Shown here: one piece after another, positions 30,201 to 42,286 of the stretch
Layout of the letters: each line of letters begins with the position of its first letter
How positions within the stretch are numbered: the first letter of the stretch is position 1
DNA from: an uncultured delta proteobacterium
Lineage (GTDB): Bacteria; Myxococcota; Myxococcia; Myxococcales; Anaeromyxobacteraceae
Assembly: GCA_963845515.1 (NCBI GenBank)
Contig: CAWJSR010000058.1
Coordinates: forward strand, 71,503-135,502
DNA length: 64,000 nucleotides
Reading direction: 5' to 3'
Made by a program: the position numbers and the translations under genes
The notes under the pieces: model-generated
The model's database searches: none
What the model saw: the letters and a program-made list of their open reading frames with translations, nothing else
Told to the model about the DNA's origin: nothing

Positions 30201-33200
30201 TCCGCGCTCGATGCCGCGCTCGGCTGCGATCCCGCTTGCGCACCTGCGCGCGCCGAGCGAGCGCAGCTCCGTGCCGAGAGGGATCCGGTCGGGGCGGCCT
30301 CGGACGCCGAGGCGGCGCTCGAGGCCGGGGGGCTCCCGCCCGAGCGCACCGCGGCGCTCCACCGCCTGGCGGCGAAGCTCGCCGAGCAGGGCGGAGACGC
30401 GCCGCGCGCACTCCGCCACCTCGAGGCCTTCTGCGCGGCCGTGCCGGGAGACGACGGGGCGCTGGCGTCGCTGGCGCGGCTGCAGCGCCGCGCCTCCCAC
30501 CCCGGGCTCGCCGCCACGCTGCAGCGCCGGCTCGGGCTCGCCGGTGGACGCGAGGCGGCGTCCCTCCGCGTCGAGCTGGCCGCGCTCCTCGCCAAGCAGC
30601 CCGGGCGGGAGGACGAGGCGCTCTCCATGCTCCGCCGCGCGCTCGAGGCGCACGAGGCGGAGCACGCCGCGCTCACGGCGCTGCTCGAGCCACCGCTCGC
30701 GCTGCGCCTTCCACCCGCCGAGCGGCTCGAGCTGCTCGCCCGCCTCGCGGCGCATCCAGACACCGCCCCGGAGACCGCTGCGGCCGCGCACCGCGAGCGC
30801 GCCCTCCGCCTGGCCGAGGCGGGAGACCTCTCCGCCGCGCTCGACGCCGCCCGAGCCGCCGCCGGCCTCGGGCCGGAGCCCGACGACGCGCTGGAGCTCC
30901 GCGCGTCGCTGGCCGAGCGGGCCGGCAGCCCGGACGAGGCCGCCGAGGCGCTCCTCGCGCGCGCCCGCCGGCTCGCGGACGCCGCAGACCCCGACGCGGG
31001 TGCACGGCTCGCCGAGGCGGGGCTGGCGTCCATCGCCGCGGGACGGAGCGAGGACGGAGAGGGGGCGCTCCGCGACGCGCTCTTCCTCGGGATCGACCGG
31101 GAGCTGGAGGCTCCTTCCTTCGCGGCGCTGGCCGCCGGGGCACGCGCCCGAGGCGACGACGCCGCGGAGACCGAGGCGCTCTCCCGGCTCGCGCCGCTCC
31201 TCTTGACCGGGAAGCGGCCGGCGGCCCTCCTCCGCCTGGCGTCGCTGCATCACGCGGCTGGCAGGCTCGAGGAGGCCAGGGACGCGGCACGGGACGCGCG
31301 GGTCCTCTCTCCGCGCGACCCTGCCGCGGCCGAGACCTGCCGCGCGCTCGCCGAGGAGGCCGGCGATCTCGAGGAGGTCGTGGAGCGGCTCGCGGACCTC
31401 GCGGAGCTGGAGCCCCGGCTCGCGCCGCAGCGGATGCTCGAGCGCGCGCGGCTCCTGGCGCGGCTCGACCGCCCCCTGGAGGCCGATGGCGCCTTCACGA
31501 CCGCCCTCGCCGCGCTCCCGCCGGTCCTGGCGCTCGCGCGCGAGCATGGGCGCCACCGCCGGGAGTCGTCGCTCCTCGCGTCACGTTCTTTTGAGCCGCT
31601 GGAGCGGTTCGCAGACCGGTCACAGGATCGCCGCGCCGTGCCGGAGGCTCTCCGCGAGGCGGTGGCGTTGGCGCTGCTCTCGGACGACACGGGCGCGGCG
31701 CTGCGCTGCGCGCGCAAGGCCTGGGCGCGCACCCGGGGCGACGTGGCCTTCGCCGGGCCGCTCCTGGCCCGGATCCTCTACATGCAGGGCTCCAGCGCCG
31801 AGGCGCTGGTGGTCCACCGGACGCTCCACGAGGCGGGCTACCCCGGGGTGGACGACTCCGAGGCCCTCACGCTCTGCCGACAGCTGGCTGAGCTCGCCGC
31901 CGACGAGGGTGACGTGGTGCTCGCGACCGCGGCCCTCGCGAGGCTGCTGGAGACGCGACCGCAGGACCACGAGGCGGCTTACCAGCGCTTCGCCATCGAT
32001 CCCGACAGGGCGGCCGCCGCGAGGGCGCTCGCCGCTGCCGCCGGCTCCTTCCGCTCCGACGCCCAGCGCGTCCGGGCGCTGATCCGCGCTGCGGGGTCCG
32101 CCCTGCTGGAGCTGCGGGACCGTGAGCTGGCGGAGCGCTGGTACCGCGCCGCGCGCGCCGACTCCGCGCGCTTCTCCCGCCTGGCGACCGAGGTGGAGCT
32201 GGCCCGCGTCGACGCGGTGCGGGCGGCCGACCTGGGGCCCAGCGCCCTCCTGGAGGCGCTCCACGACGCCGCCCGCGCCGCCTACGCCCACGGCGATCGC
32301 GCCGCGACTCGCGCGGTGCTGGAGGAGGCGGCCGGAGAGGAGCGCCTTCGCGGGATGCGCAGGGAGTGCGCGGGCGACCAGCTCGCGCTCGCCGACCTGG
32401 ACGCAGCCGACGGCCTGGACGCCAGCGCGGCCGTCCGTGCGCTCACCGCCGCCGAGCTGCTCGAGGAGGCCGGTGACCTCCCCGGGGCGGCCGAGGCGCT
32501 CCGCCGGGCATGGCGCGAGGACCCGTCCTCCGAGGAGATCGCCGCGCGGATGGAGCGCGTGGCGCTCGCGCTCGGCGACGAGGGGGCGCCGCTGCTCGCG
32601 GAGGCGCTCTCCGCGCGCGCCGAGCTCGCGCCTGCCGGACCCGAGCGCGCAGCGGCGCTCGCGCGGATCGCCGAGCCGCTCCTCGAGACCGATCTCCAGC
32701 GCGCCGCCGAGCTCCTCGAGCGGGCGCGCGACGAGGCACCCGGAGCCGAGGAGCCGGACAGGCTGCTGGAGGAGGCGTGGCGGCGGCTCGGGCGGACGTC
32801 CGACGTCGCCACGCTGCTGCTCGAGCGGGCGGAGCGCGCCTCCGAAGCCTCGGACCGCGCGCGCCTGACGCGGACGGCGGCGGGGCTCCTGTCCGCCTCG
32901 CCGTACGCAGGCGACCGGGCGCGCGCCGCCGACGCCTGGGGGGCCGTCTTCGCCGCCGACCCCTCGGACCTCGGCGCGGCCAGGGCCGCCGCCGACCTGC
33001 TGCTCTCGCTCGACCGCAGGGAGGAGGCGCTCCCCCTGCTCGCCGCCCTGGTCCGCGCCGACCCGGACGACGAGCCGTCCGCGCGGGAGCTGGCGGAGGC
33101 GTTCGCCGGGCGCCACCGGGAGCGCGCCGAGCTCTTCCTCGCCCGCGCGGAGCGCGCCGTCGGCGAGCCCAGGGCCCAGCGGCTCCGGGAGGCGGCCCGC

Positions 33201-36200
33201 GCGCTCTTCGCCGCCGGCGAGGACCGGCACGCCCGGCAGGTGCTGCGCGAGTCCTTCGACGCCTTCCCGTCCGACGACAACGCCTTCTTCGGCGCGATCC
33301 GCGACGCCGCCGCCGACATCGACCAGCTCGATCACGTCCTCGCCGCCCGCGCCGCGGCGGTGCCGGCGGACGCTGCCGGCTGTCATCGCGCCCGCGCCGA
33401 CGCCCTCTTCGCCTTCGGCCGCGGGGAGCAGGCGCTGCTGGCCTGGGAGGCCTGCGCCACCGCGAGCCCCGACGACGGCGAGGTGCTGGCCAGCTGGGCA
33501 GACTGCGTCGCGACCGTGAAGGGCGACGCGGCGGCCGAAGAGCTCGATCGGCGGATCGTCGGGCGCGCCGAGGGCGCGCCGCCCTCGCTTCCGGGCGCGC
33601 TCGAGGCGCCGTCACGCTACCGGCTCGGGCTGTCCGCCCTGCAGGAGGGGCGTGAGGTCGAGGGGCTCGCACACCTCGAGCGGGCGCTCGAGGCCGCCCC
33701 GGAGGATCCGCGCGCCGGGAAGGCGCTGGCCGCCCTGGCGAAGGCGCGCGCCGACTCGGGCGACACGGGCGGCGCGCTCGCGGCCGCCAGGCGCCGCGTC
33801 GATCGCGCGGTGGCGCTCGGACAGGCCGACGAGCGCCGGGCGGCCGTCGAGGCCGGGATCGCGCTCGTCGAGGCGCATGGATCCGACGGTCTGGACGCGG
33901 CGACGCTCCTCGAGCAGCAGGCCGACCTCCGCGCGGAGGACGGCGCAGCGCACGACGAGCTCGAGCCGCTCGTCCGCCGCGCCGCCGTGGCGCTCCGCGC
34001 CGCCGGCAGCGCGGAGCGCGCGACAGCGCTCCTCGCCCGCGCGGGGCTGACCGAGGCGGCTGCGGAGTCGCAGGCCGTCGCCGTCGACCCCGACGCCCTG
34101 GCTGCGATCCTCGCCGACGGCCCAGGCGCCGACGGCTGGAGCGACGCTGCTGCCGCGCTGGCCGCCCACTACCTCGCGACCGGCGAGTTCCGCGAGGCCG
34201 CCAGCATCGAGGCGCGACGCGCCGATGCCGCGACCGAGCCGGCCGACCGCGCGAAGGCCTGGCTCCGCAGCGCCCAGGCGCTGGAGAAGGCCGGCGCGCC
34301 TCCGGAGGAGGTGGACGCGGCCGTCGACATCGCTGCGGGGGCCGACCCGGACTCGGCCGAGCCGTGGCTGGCGCTGGCGGCGATCGAGCAGCGGCGAGGC
34401 GATCTCGTCGCGGCCGCGCGCGCGCACCTCTCGGTCTCCATCCGGGCCGAAGGGGAGCTCGCGGCCCGCTCCGCCCTCGAGGCCGCCAGGCTCTTCGAGC
34501 AGACGGAGCGACACCAGGACGCCGCGCGCGCGTACAGGGCCGCGGTCCTCGCGCAGCCCGGCTGCGTCCCCGCGCGCCGCGTCCTCGCCGAGGAGGCGCT
34601 CGCCGCCGGCGACGTCGACGGCGCAGCGGAGCACCTGCTCGCGATCGCTCCCGACGAGGTCGCCCAGGACTCCAGGGCGGAGCACCGCAGGACCGTCGCT
34701 CGCACCCTCGAGGCCGCGAACAGGGCCGCCGAGGCCGAGGAGGTCTGGCTCGCCCTCTTCCGCGAGTCGCCCGGCGACGTCGAGGCCTTCGAGCACGTGG
34801 GGAGGCTCACGCTGACGCGGGCCGGGCTGGACCCCTGGCTCGATCTCGCCGCGGAGCACGAGGCGGCGCTGGCGGCGTCCGGAGAGACCACCCGCCGTCG
34901 CGACCTGCGCCACCAGCGCGCGACGCTCTTCGCCGGGGCCGGGCGGCTGGAGGCGGCCCGCGGCGCCCACCTCTCCGCGCTCGAGCTCGACCCGGGGCAC
35001 GTCGAGTCGCTGGACGCGCTCGGCGCCCTCGATGGGCGCAAGGAGGAGTGGAGGCTCGCCGCGGAGCAGCTCGGGGCCGAGGCGGAGCGCGCCACCGTGG
35101 GGTCCGAGGCGGCCGCGACGCTGGTCCGCCGCGCCCGAATCCTCCACGAGCGGCTCGACGACGACACCGGCGCGCTCGCGGCGCTCGACGAGGCGCTCGT
35201 GCGCGCCCGCCTGTCGGAGGGCCCGGCGGCCGAGCGGATCGCGGTCGACGCCGAGGAGCTGCTCTCGATGATCGGCCCAGCCAGGGCCACGGCAGGGCTC
35301 GGCGCGTCCGAGCCCCCTGCGGCCCCCGCGGCCGACCCGGTGGCGCTGGTCCTCCGCACGCAGGCGGACGACGCCTCGGGGCCGGAGCGCGCGGCGCTGC
35401 TGGAGCGGCTCGCCGGCCACCTGGAGCGCTCCGGCGAGGCCGCGGCAGCGGCCGACGCCCTCCTCGAAGCGCTCGAGGCCGACCCGGATCGCGAGCTCAC
35501 CTGGTCCTGGCTCCTGACGGTCGCGGCAGGAGACGGCCCCCGGCTCGCGCGCGCGGCCGAGCTCAGGTCGCGAGCGGGGCTGGAGCCGACGGACGCCTCG
35601 CCCGAGGTCAAGGCGGTGCCCGCGCTCGAGCTCCCCGGCGGCGACGACGACTTCAACTTCGAGCCGCAGGCCCTGCCTACGCCTGCGGAGGGCGAGCCGT
35701 CCTTCTCCTTCGAGTCCGGGCAGTCCGAGGCGCACGGCGGCGCCTTCCTCGTGGAGTCCGCCGGCGGCCTGCCGGGCGAGTCCTTCGGCGCCGAGCCCCA
35801 CGCCTCTGCGCCTGGCGAGGAGCTCGGGCTCGAGTCTGCCCAGTCGCTCGGGGCAGCGCTGGACGTCGACCCGTTCGCACCGCCGATGCCGGGGTTCGGC
35901 GACGAGTCGGAGCCCGAGCCAGAGCTCGAGTACGACGGCGAGGCGGAGCACGCCGCCAGGCCGCCCGCGGAGGAGCAGTCGGCGCACATCCTCTTCGAGT
36001 CGATGGAGCAGTCGGCTGCGCCGGACCGCGTCACCGCTGCGCGACAGGCGCTCATGGCCCGCTGGGACGCGCCCCCGGGCGAGCAGTGCGCGCTGCGCCG
36101 GGCCCTCGGGCTCGCGCTGGCCGAGCAGGGTGACGTGGAGGGGGCCATCTCGGCCCTCCTCGGCGCCAACGCCGCGGATCCTGTCGACGTGGAGACGCTG

Positions 36201-37907
36201 GAGGCCCTCGCCCGGCTCCATGACGAGGCGGGCAAGCCGCTCGATGCGCTGACGTGGCACGAGCGCGCCGCCGATCTCCTGGAGGCCGGCCCCGAGCGCG
36301 CGGTGCGGATCGCAGAGCTCGCGCGCAAGGCCGAGGCGCTCGGGGATCGCGACCGCGCCGTCTGGCTCTGGGAGCGGGTGCGTGCCGCCGACCACCGCTA
36401 CCGCTCCGCCCTGGAGGCGCTCTGCCGGCTCTACGCCGAGGCAGGCGAGCGCGCGCAGCTCCGGCTGGTCGCCGCCGAGCTGTCAGACGTGGCCGGCGAT
36501 GGCGCGCTCGAGCCCTGGGCAGCACCGCTCGGGCGCGCGTGGATGGAGGCGGGCAAGCCGGAGGTCGCCTACGCCTGGCTCCAGCGCGCGCTCCGCGCGG
36601 ATCCCACCGACCTGACCATCGCGCGCGACCTCTCCCGGATCGCCGAGCGGATCGGGAGCTGGGGCGAGTACGTCCGGCTCGGCGAGGTCTGCGCCGACGC
36701 CTTCGCCTCGTACGACCCGCTCGCCGCAGCCGCCCGCTTCCGGCACTTCGCCGAGGTCCTGCGCGATCGGCTCAGCGACACCGAGCGGGCCGCCGTGATG
36801 ATGGAGAAGGCGCTGAGCCTCACCCCCGACGACGCAGACGCCCGTCGGGACCTGCTCGGGCTCTGGTCCGCGCGCCCCGAGACGGCGCAGCGCGCGCTCG
36901 ACGGCTGGCTCGACACCGTGCGGCTCGAGCCGGACGACGGGCCGGCGCTGGTCTCGCTCTCCGAGACGTGTCGCGCGGCCGCCCGGGAGCTCCCGCCGGG
37001 GGAGGACTCGCTCCTGCTGGAGCGCGCCCGCCTGGCCGCGTCGATGGCGGCGTTCGTCAACCCCGCGCTCGCCAGCGCGCCGGCGCTCAAGCTGGCCAGT
37101 GCGGTCCCCGAGGAGCTGCGCGAGCGGGTCGCCGTGCCCGGCGCCACCGGGGCGCTGGCGCGCGTCCTCTCGCTCCTCAGCCCCTACCTCGAGCCGCTCT
37201 TCCCGGCCGACCTGGCGCGGCGCGGCGCGGCGCCCTCCAATCGGCTCGTCTCGCCGCGCGCCCCCGAGCTCCGCACCGCGCTGGAGGCGGCGGCCCGCGC
37301 CTTCTCCGCCCGTCCGTACGCCGTCTTCCTGACGTCCAGCCCCGGGGTGGAGCTGGCGCTGGAGAACACGCAGCCGCCCTCGCTGATCGCGGGCGCGGAG
37401 GTGGCCTCCCTCCCGGAGGGTTCGCAGGCGTTCCTGGGCGCCCGCGCCTTCGACCTGCTCGCCCGGGGGTGGGCCCTCGCCGGCAAGTTCGCCCCCAAGG
37501 ACGTCGCCATCCTCGTGGAGCTGGCGTGCCGCTACATCGGCGCGCCGGTCCAGGCGATGGGGCTCCCGGCGCAGCGCGCCGACGCCTTCCTCGCGGCGCT
37601 CGGCAAGACCGTCCCACCGACCGTGCGCGAGCAGGCAGCCAGGCTCGCGGCGGCGGCGGGCGAGGAGTTCGCCGCGTTCGAGCCGCGCCGCTTCACGTCC
37701 GCCCTTCGCCGCACCGCCAACAGGGTCGCGCTCCTCTACACGGGCGATCCGGGCGCCGCCCTGCGGGCGCTCGCGGCGATCGAGCTGCGCGGCGCGCAGC
37801 CGGACGTCGACCCCGTCGAGGCGCTGGCCGTGCCCGACCTGCGCGACCTCGCGCTCTTCGCGCTCTCGGATCCGTTCGTCGAGCTGCGCGTCTCGGTGAC
37901 GAGCTGA
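27216..37907 (+). CDS. Giant TPR-repeat protein (3563 aa)
   Basis: Uninterrupted 10.7-kb ORF; many TPR-like helices ([24 protein letters not shown]); acidic linker; conserved-looking C-domain [13 protein letters not shown]. Confidence 0.88.
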   Translation: MAEVKPTASAEPVSAERRSGTGFELRLERGGAYVRLADVPVETGLTLDVLSIEVPGVKFPFNVGAGAVQFRHVLADGVRVELAVHEPWIEERLRGIDLAALGVEALSCALREGFVELSGRVAGGAAFTLHASLLPEGEQGIAVVFHSPRLYGPSPIPAALLPHMAARTLAPLASAPGGVNDPLTRILRKVLAPRGWKVPRSSALRLTLLGVSPDGIRAAWDREPGQPIEPPPQSDLLATIEGARAFATAERHVARGDLAAARDAYLFAGAAAHAHPFAAERLLSLLVMEDRFHDEALDLAHDWLGRRPDFAPALAAEAWVRLARGEQVRAARALATLADTARVRGEAGAALAAAEACFSIAGADPGDVRRSIDAALAVRRDHLPALRALRAHSQATGDREGLLRANRRLVAYAPSDADKARAHAELGMQLLETDPPAARLHLDQALRLAPADEEALGALGRACSAAGEHLRAVRALERLRDLVVARGDRAEAGRLSLEAGVIWEERLGNDENAYLRYGEAAADLPGSAEVHARAASAAGRLGHWADAIDHHASVLPLADMATPEGRALAARTRLALAEVAEERLGDPAAATVHLEAAAAALPGDAAVLRRLAALYRRLSRPGDLLAALDRLTPLVVPPAERAALLAEAGTLSVTLGSAEAARDRFSAAAALDPTCRPALEGIARLAAEAGDALGERAALLRLLPLTSGVEEEGALQDRIADASERAGDLAGAARAIAAARRLGSTPARIDAALRLARRSGDNATVAVLLAERAQRYRADGDAASGARAWLERARLLSESEPALAMAAAAEAHALAPGDPAVLRAQSDLAERLGDVRAALGSLRALLAMAPDDAGLLEVRAGRAALSAGEPSTAREHAERAMAADAPGATDLLAAVLDRTGDDAGRAALLERMGRFLEAANLWARSAAPARARDALERAAMAPGAPAQAFERLAEARLSAGDERGAAETFRRLAPLRGGQDGARIAMRAFAIDADPSALDAALGCDPACAPARAERAQLRAERDPVGAASDAEAALEAGGLPPERTAALHRLAAKLAEQGGDAPRALRHLEAFCAAVPGDDGALASLARLQRRASHPGLAATLQRRLGLAGGREAASLRVELAALLAKQPGREDEALSMLRRALEAHEAEHAALTALLEPPLALRLPPAERLELLARLAAHPDTAPETAAAAHRERALRLAEAGDLSAALDAARAAAGLGPEPDDALELRASLAERAGSPDEAAEALLARARRLADAADPDAGARLAEAGLASIAAGRSEDGEGALRDALFLGIDRELEAPSFAALAAGARARGDDAAETEALSRLAPLLLTGKRPAALLRLASLHHAAGRLEEARDAARDARVLSPRDPAAAETCRALAEEAGDLEEVVERLADLAELEPRLAPQRMLERARLLARLDRPLEADGAFTTALAALPPVLALAREHGRHRRESSLLASRSFEPLERFADRSQDRRAVPEALREAVALALLSDDTGAALRCARKAWARTRGDVAFAGPLLARILYMQGSSAEALVVHRTLHEAGYPGVDDSEALTLCRQLAELAADEGDVVLATAALARLLETRPQDHEAAYQRFAIDPDRAAAARALAAAAGSFRSDAQRVRALIRAAGSALLELRDRELAERWYRAARADSARFSRLATEVELARVDAVRAADLGPSALLEALHDAARAAYAHGDRAATRAVLEEAAGEERLRGMRRECAGDQLALADLDAADGLDASAAVRALTAAELLEEAGDLPGAAEALRRAWREDPSSEEIAARMERVALALGDEGAPLLAEALSARAELAPAGPERAAALARIAEPLLETDLQRAAELLERARDEAPGAEEPDRLLEEAWRRLGRTSDVATLLLERAERASEASDRARLTRTAAGLLSASPYAGDRARAADAWGAVFAADPSDLGAARAAADLLLSLDRREEALPLLAALVRADPDDEPSARELAEAFAGRHRERAELFLARAERAVGEPRAQRLREAARALFAAGEDRHARQVLRESFDAFPSDDNAFFGAIRDAAADIDQLDHVLAARAAAVPADAAGCHRARADALFAFGRGEQALLAWEACATASPDDGEVLASWADCVATVKGDAAAEELDRRIVGRAEGAPPSLPGALEAPSRYRLGLSALQEGREVEGLAHLERALEAAPEDPRAGKALAALAKARADSGDTGGALAAARRRVDRAVALGQADERRAAVEAGIALVEAHGSDGLDAATLLEQQADLRAEDGAAHDELEPLVRRAAVALRAAGSAERATALLARAGLTEAAAESQAVAVDPDALAAILADGPGADGWSDAAAALAAHYLATGEFREAASIEARRADAATEPADRAKAWLRSAQALEKAGAPPEEVDAAVDIAAGADPDSAEPWLALAAIEQRRGDLVAAARAHLSVSIRAEGELAARSALEAARLFEQTERHQDAARAYRAAVLAQPGCVPARRVLAEEALAAGDVDGAAEHLLAIAPDEVAQDSRAEHRRTVARTLEAANRAAEAEEVWLALFRESPGDVEAFEHVGRLTLTRAGLDPWLDLAAEHEAALAASGETTRRRDLRHQRATLFAGAGRLEAARGAHLSALELDPGHVESLDALGALDGRKEEWRLAAEQLGAEAERATVGSEAAATLVRRARILHERLDDDTGALAALDEALVRARLSEGPAAERIAVDAEELLSMIGPARATAGLGASEPPAAPAADPVALVLRTQADDASGPERAALLERLAGHLERSGEAAAAADALLEALEADPDRELTWSWLLTVAAGDGPRLARAAELRSRAGLEPTDASPEVKAVPALELPGGDDDFNFEPQALPTPAEGEPSFSFESGQSEAHGGAFLVESAGGLPGESFGAEPHASAPGEELGLESAQSLGAALDVDPFAPPMPGFGDESEPEPELEYDGEAEHAARPPAEEQSAHILFESMEQSAAPDRVTAARQALMARWDAPPGEQCALRRALGLALAEQGDVEGAISALLGANAADPVDVETLEALARLHDEAGKPLDALTWHERAADLLEAGPERAVRIAELARKAEALGDRDRAVWLWERVRAADHRYRSALEALCRLYAEAGERAQLRLVAAELSDVAGDGALEPWAAPLGRAWMEAGKPEVAYAWLQRALRADPTDLTIARDLSRIAERIGSWGEYVRLGEVCADAFASYDPLAAAARFRHFAEVLRDRLSDTERAAVMMEKALSLTPDDADARRDLLGLWSARPETAQRALDGWLDTVRLEPDDGPALVSLSETCRAAARELPPGEDSLLLERARLAASMAAFVNPALASAPALKLASAVPEELRERVAVPGATGALARVLSLLSPYLEPLFPADLARRGAAPSNRLVSPRAPELRTALEAAARAFSARPYAVFLTSSPGVELALENTQPPSLIAGAEVASLPEGSQAFLGARAFDLLARGWALAGKFAPKDVAILVELACRYIGAPVQAMGLPAQRADAFLAALGKTVPPTVREQAARLAAAAGEEFAAFEPRRFTSALRRTANRVALLYTGDPGAALRALAAIELRGAQPDVDPVEALAVPDLRDLALFALSDPFVELRVSVTS

Positions 37908-37909
37908 CC

Positions 37910-38620
37910 ATGGCGAAGCCCGTGAAGCCCACGCCCCGCGCGGTGATCCTTCTCTCCGGCGGCCTCGACTCGGCGACCTGCCTCGCCGTGGCGCGCGCTG
38001 CGGGGCTCGAGTGCCACGCCATCTCCTTCGACTATGGCCAGCGCCACCGGGGCGAGCTCGCGCGCGCCCGGCGGATCGCGACGCTCCTCGGGGCCGCCTC
38101 CCACCGCGTCGTGAAGCTGGACCTCGCCGCCTTCGGCGGCTCGGCCCTCACGGACAAGGCCATCGCCGTGCCCAAGGGGCGGAGCGTCGCCAGGATGGCG
38201 AAGGAGATCCCCGTCACCTACGTCCCCGCGCGCAACCTGGTGATGCTCTCGGTCGCGACCGCGCTCGCGGAGACGCTCGGCGCCCGCGAGATCTTCATCG
38301 GCGCCAACGCCATCGACTACTCGGGCTATCCCGACTGCCGCCCTCCGTTCCTGCGCGCCTTCGAGCGCGTGGCACGCGCCGGGACGAAGGCCGGCGTCGA
38401 GGGGCGGCCTCTCCGGATCCGCGCCCCGCTCCTGCGGCTGACGAAGGCGGCGATCATCCGGCTCGGAACGCGGCTGGGCGTTCCCTACGGGACTACCCAG
38501 TCCTGCTACGACCCGGTCGGCGGCAGGGCCTGCGGCCGCTGCGACTCCTGCGTGCTGCGCAGGCGCGGGTTCGAGGAGGCGGGGGTCGCCGATCCGACGA
38601 AGTACGTCCGCCGGCGCTGA
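37910..38620 (+). CDS. queC: 7-cyano-7-deazaguanine synthase
   Basis: [46 protein letters not shown]. Confidence 0.97.
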   Translation: MAKPVKPTPRAVILLSGGLDSATCLAVARAAGLECHAISFDYGQRHRGELARARRIATLLGAASHRVVKLDLAAFGGSALTDKAIAVPKGRSVARMAKEIPVTYVPARNLVMLSVATALAETLGAREIFIGANAIDYSGYPDCRPPFLRAFERVARAGTKAGVEGRPLRIRAPLLRLTKAAIIRLGTRLGVPYGTTQSCYDPVGGRACGRCDSCVLRRRGFEEAGVADPTKYVRRR

Positions 38621-38621
38621 C

Positions 38622-38885
38622 TCAGTCGATCCGGACCACGATCGCGCCCGACCGCTCGTTCAGGCGCTCGACGGCCGCGTAGATCGCCGCGAGCGGCGAG
38701 TCGCCCTGCCCGCTGGTGGAGCGCGGGGAGGAGGCGCGCTTCTTCGCGGAAGGGCCCGCGACGATCCGAGCGCCGGCGCGGCCGCTCATGGCGTCCGGCC
38801 AGACGCGGACCTGCATGCCGGCGCGGTAGAGCGCCAGCAGGACACGGCCCATCTCCGCCGCGACGCGCTCTTCGGTGTAGGTCAT
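38622..38885 (-). CDS. Small hypothetical protein (87 aa)
   Basis: MTYTEERVAAEM..GDSPLAAIYAAVERLNE; host-like codon usage; fills the gap between queC and ddpX. Confidence 0.65.
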   Translation of the reverse strand: MTYTEERVAAEMGRVLLALYRAGMQVRVWPDAMSGRAGARIVAGPSAKKRASSPRSTSGQGDSPLAAIYAAVERLNERSGAIVVRID

Positions 38886-39039
38886 CGTGGAGTCCGGCCG
38901 AAGCCGCGGTTGACGGCGGCGAGGCATCGGCGACGACTGTACTAGGCCCCTCTGACGGCGCCAGTTAATGGATCACCGACCGGTGGCAGGGGCTCACCCC
39001 AGCGCGCAAAGCCTCCTGTCCCCCGGCTATCATGCGCCC

Positions 39040-39657
39040 GTGCTCCACCTCGCAGCCCTCGCCGCAGTGCTGGCCGCCGCGACGCCAGCGCCGGCCGCCA
39101 GCGACGGTCTGGTCGACGTCGCGCCGCTAGTCCCGCGGGCGGTCCTCGACATCCGCTACGCGACGCCGGCCAACTTCACCGGGCGGGCGCTCTACCCGAC
39201 GGCGCGCTGCCTGCTGCGCCCCGAGGTCGCCGCGAGGCTCGCGCGGGCGGCCGCCCGGTTGGAGGCGCAGGGGTACCGCCTCCGGCTCTACGACTGCTAC
39301 CGCCCGCTCTCCGTCCAGAAGGCGATGTGGGCGGCCTTCCCGCGCCCCGGGTTCGTCGCCAATCCCAGGTCGGGCTCGCTACACAACCGCGGCGCCGCCG
39401 TCGACGTGGGGCTCTCGGCGCTGGACGGCGCCGAGCTTCCGATGCCCACCGGCTACGACGCGTTCGTCCCGGCCGCCGGCGCGCGCGCGACCGACGGCAT
39501 CCCGTCGAAGCTCCGGCTCCGGCGCGACCGGCTCCGCGCCGCCATGGAGGCGGAGGGGTTCATCGTGAACCCGAAGGAGTGGTGGCACTTCGCCGTCCGG
39601 GACGCGCGGCGGTACCCGCTGCTGGACGTTCCGCTCGACGGCGGGGGGAGGCCGTGA
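39040..39657 (+). CDS. ddpX: D-alanyl-D-alanine dipeptidase (M15D, VanX-like)
   Basis: DIRYATPANFTG, YDCYRP, SLHNRGAAVD, MPTGYD, EWWHF. Confidence 0.93.
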   Translation: MLHLAALAAVLAAATPAPAASDGLVDVAPLVPRAVLDIRYATPANFTGRALYPTARCLLRPEVAARLARAAARLEAQGYRLRLYDCYRPLSVQKAMWAAFPRPGFVANPRSGSLHNRGAAVDVGLSALDGAELPMPTGYDAFVPAAGARATDGIPSKLRLRRDRLRAAMEAEGFIVNPKEWWHFAVRDARRYPLLDVPLDGGGRP

Positions 39658-41531
39658 AGCCGCCGCGCGTCACGGGCGAGGGAGCGATCATCTCCGCGGC
39701 GCTCGAGGCCCTCGACGGCCTCACCCCGTGGGAGCGGCTCGACGCCGCGCTCGACCGGCTCCACGGCGCGCCGGGCGGGCCGCTCGCGCCATTCCGGGTC
39801 GCGAGCGAGCGGGCGCCGGATCCTTCCCTGCTCGACGGGACGCTCCTGGAGGCGATCTGCGCGCGCGCTCATGGGGGCGCGCGCGGCGCCGTCTTCACGC
39901 CGGCGCCCGAGGCGCGGCTCCTCGCGGCCTTCGGCCTCGCGCAGGCGGCCGCGCGGCGCGGCGGCCCTCCGCCCGGGGACGGCGTCGCCCTCCTCCTCGC
40001 TGGCCGGCGGGACGCTCGGCTCGTCGAGTCCCTCGAAGGGCTCGCCGTCCTCGATCCCGCCTGTGGTGCCGGGGCGCTGCTCGCCGCGGCCGCGCGGCTC
40101 GCGCTCGGCGCGGGGGCCCGCCTCCGGCTCCACGGGCTCGAGCTCTCCCCGCTCTCCGCGCGCGCCGCCCGCGAGCGGCTCCTGCTCCTCCGAGGGGCCG
40201 CCACCGAGATCGCGGCTGGCGACGCCTTCGCCCGCCGCTGGCCCCGCTGCGACCTGATCCTCATGAACCCTCCCTTCCTGCGCCACGAGGCGCTCGCGGC
40301 GGAGGAGAAGGCGCGCGCGTCGAAGGCGAGCGGCCTGTCGCGCCAGGCGGACCTCTCGGCCCACTTCATGCTCGCCGCGCTGCGCGCCGCGCCCGTCTGC
40401 GCCCTCGTCTGGCCGGAGGGGCTCGGCACCTCGCGCGCTGCCGCGCCGCTCCTGGCCGAGGCCGCCGCGCGCGGCGGCTTCCTCCTCTCGCTCCGCTCCC
40501 ACGCCGCCGGGAGCTTCGCCGCGTCGGTGGAGACGCGGCTGGTGGTCTGGGGTGAGGGTGGCACGAGCGCGGACGAGGCCGAGTCGGAGGTCGCGCTCGC
40601 CGGCGTGACCGACGTGGAGGCGGTGGCCCTCGCCCGTGGCGTCGGGAGCGCGCGCGTACGCTTCCGGCGCCGGCGCGAGCCGGCCCCTCGCGGCGCGGCG
40701 ACCGTCGGGGAGGCTTGCGAGGTCCGGTTCGGCACCAAGAGCGGCTGCAACGGCTTCTTCCACCTGCTGCCGCTCGGTGGCGACCGCTACCGGGCGGCGC
40801 TCGCGGGAGAGGTGACGCTCGCGCCCGACGACGTCGTGCCGCTCCTCTCCTCGCTCAAGGAGGCGCGCGCCCCCGAGCTGGCGAAGCCGGCGCGCGTCCT
40901 CTTCCGCCCCACGCGCGACGGCGAGGCGGCGCGCGCGTACGTCCGGCGCGGCGAGGCGCTGGGCGTCCACCTGCGCCCGACCTGCGCCGGCCGCGCCTGC
41001 TGGTGGCGGCTCGCCCCTGGCCGCGCAGCGGCACCGATCCTCTACCCCGCGAAGGTGGGTGCGCGCGCCTTCGCGTTCCTGAACGACGCGCGGCTCTGGG
41101 AGGACAAGAAGTGGCACGTCCTCTTCCCGCGGGACGGCGTCGACCCGGCCGCCGCCGCGCTCCTGCTGGGTGCGACGCCGGTCCGGCTCGCCATCGACGA
41201 GGGGGCGCGGCAGCTCACCGGCAAGCAGGCCATCGCGGACGTGGACTGCCGCGTCCTCTCGGCGGCGGTCTTCCCTCCGCCGGGGGCGATCGCGCCGCTC
41301 GCGGCCGCGCTGCGCGCGCTCCGGACGGCGCTCGCCAGCGATCCCGTCACGACCGATCTCCCTGCGATGCTCGCCAGGCCGGCACAGCGCGAGCTCGACC
41401 TCCTCTGCGGCCACGCGCTGGGGCTCTCTGCGCGCGCCGTCGAGCGGGCGCGCCGCGCCCTCGCCGAGCGCGTCGAGCGGCGGCTCGCCCGCGCGGCGGC
41501 CATCAGGGCCACCCTGGAGCGCGCGCCGTAA
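39654..41531 (+). CDS. Orphan N6-adenine DNA methyltransferase-like protein (gamma/TaqI order)
   Basis: Motif X-like GAVFTP, motif I VLDPACGAGALL, motif IV MNPPF; C-terminal TRD-like region VRFGTKSGCNGFF. Confidence 0.75.
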   Translation: MKPPRVTGEGAIISAALEALDGLTPWERLDAALDRLHGAPGGPLAPFRVASERAPDPSLLDGTLLEAICARAHGGARGAVFTPAPEARLLAAFGLAQAAARRGGPPPGDGVALLLAGRRDARLVESLEGLAVLDPACGAGALLAAAARLALGAGARLRLHGLELSPLSARAARERLLLLRGAATEIAAGDAFARRWPRCDLILMNPPFLRHEALAAEEKARASKASGLSRQADLSAHFMLAALRAAPVCALVWPEGLGTSRAAAPLLAEAAARGGFLLSLRSHAAGSFAASVETRLVVWGEGGTSADEAESEVALAGVTDVEAVALARGVGSARVRFRRRREPAPRGAATVGEACEVRFGTKSGCNGFFHLLPLGGDRYRAALAGEVTLAPDDVVPLLSSLKEARAPELAKPARVLFRPTRDGEAARAYVRRGEALGVHLRPTCAGRACWWRLAPGRAAAPILYPAKVGARAFAFLNDARLWEDKKWHVLFPRDGVDPAAAALLLGATPVRLAIDEGARQLTGKQAIADVDCRVLSAAVFPPPGAIAPLAAALRALRTALASDPVTTDLPAMLARPAQRELDLLCGHALGLSARAVERARRALAERVERRLARAAAIRATLERAP

Positions 41532-41547
41532 GCCCACTCGAGGCGGC

Positions 41548-42153
41548 TCAGAGCCTCGCGAGCAGCCCGCCCACGACCAGCCCCTCGAACCCGATCCCCA
41601 GATCGACGAAGAGCCTGACGCGCTCGCTCCCCGCGGAGACGCCCACGTAGCGGAGCTGGAAGGCGAAGCCCGCGGTGACGCCGTCGCTCCCGGCGCCGAT
41701 CCCGGTGCCGGCCTGCTCCCAGCGGCCGGCGCCGACGGCCAGCGCGCTGTAGACCTCCAGGTGCTCGGACCGGACCCACCGCGCGGTGACGTCCGCCATG
41801 AGCACGTGGGCGCTGTTGTCGATGGTGCCGACCACGCTCCCGCCCGACAGGTACTCCTCCGTCCACCCATTGTAGACGTACGCGACACCGGCCCGGAGCC
41901 AGCGCCCCAGCTCGTGGTCCGCCCGGAGGTTCAGCTGGAAGCGGTCCCTGCGCCGCGAGTCGTCGTAGCCGCCGGGACCGCTGCCCGCGAAGGCGTCGAC
42001 GAACTCGAAGAACCCACCGGCCCCGGTCCCCACCGCCACGCTCCAGGCTCGGTCGGCGTCCCGCTCCTCGGGAGCCGTGGCCTCACCGGCGGCGCCGGCT
42101 CCACGGGGGACCGCCAGCAACGACGCGAGCAGCATCGGGATCGCGAGCCTCAT
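41548..42153 (-). CDS. Outer-membrane beta-barrel protein
   Basis: Signal peptide; amphipathic strands; FQLRYVGVSAG..FVDLGIGFEG. Confidence 0.72.
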   Translation of the reverse strand: MRLAIPMLLASLLAVPRGAGAAGEATAPEERDADRAWSVAVGTGAGGFFEFVDAFAGSGPGGYDDSRRRDRFQLNLRADHELGRWLRAGVAYVYNGWTEEYLSGGSVVGTIDNSAHVLMADVTARWVRSEHLEVYSALAVGAGRWEQAGTGIGAGSDGVTAGFAFQLRYVGVSAGSERVRLFVDLGIGFEGLVVGGLLARL

Positions 42154-42286
42154 CCGTCCCCCTTCGGACCGCTCGACGGGCGGCGGAGACATTGTCTCAC
42201 CGACGCGCCGACGCTGCGACATCGCCTACGCCACACGGGGTATCGCGGATTGGCGCCAGCGCGATCATTGCCGTATTACGGAGTCC

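Noticed and set aside
38985..39030. GCGCAAAGCCTCC resembling part of a c-di-GMP-I riboswitch upstream of ddpX
   Set aside because: The upstream AAACC..GNRA..GG stem is missing; only an Rfam scan could rescue it.
37910..41531. queC plus DNA methyltransferase as a dpd/Qat-like DNA-modification defence system
   Set aside because: QueC is canonical in length and motifs, and no dpdA/TGT, TatD or ATPase partner lies nearby; the context is core genome.
42186..42198. GAGACA-T-TGTCTC palindrome between the divergent barrel gene and dacB
   Set aside because: Single short occurrence; could be an operator but cannot be supported from this window.
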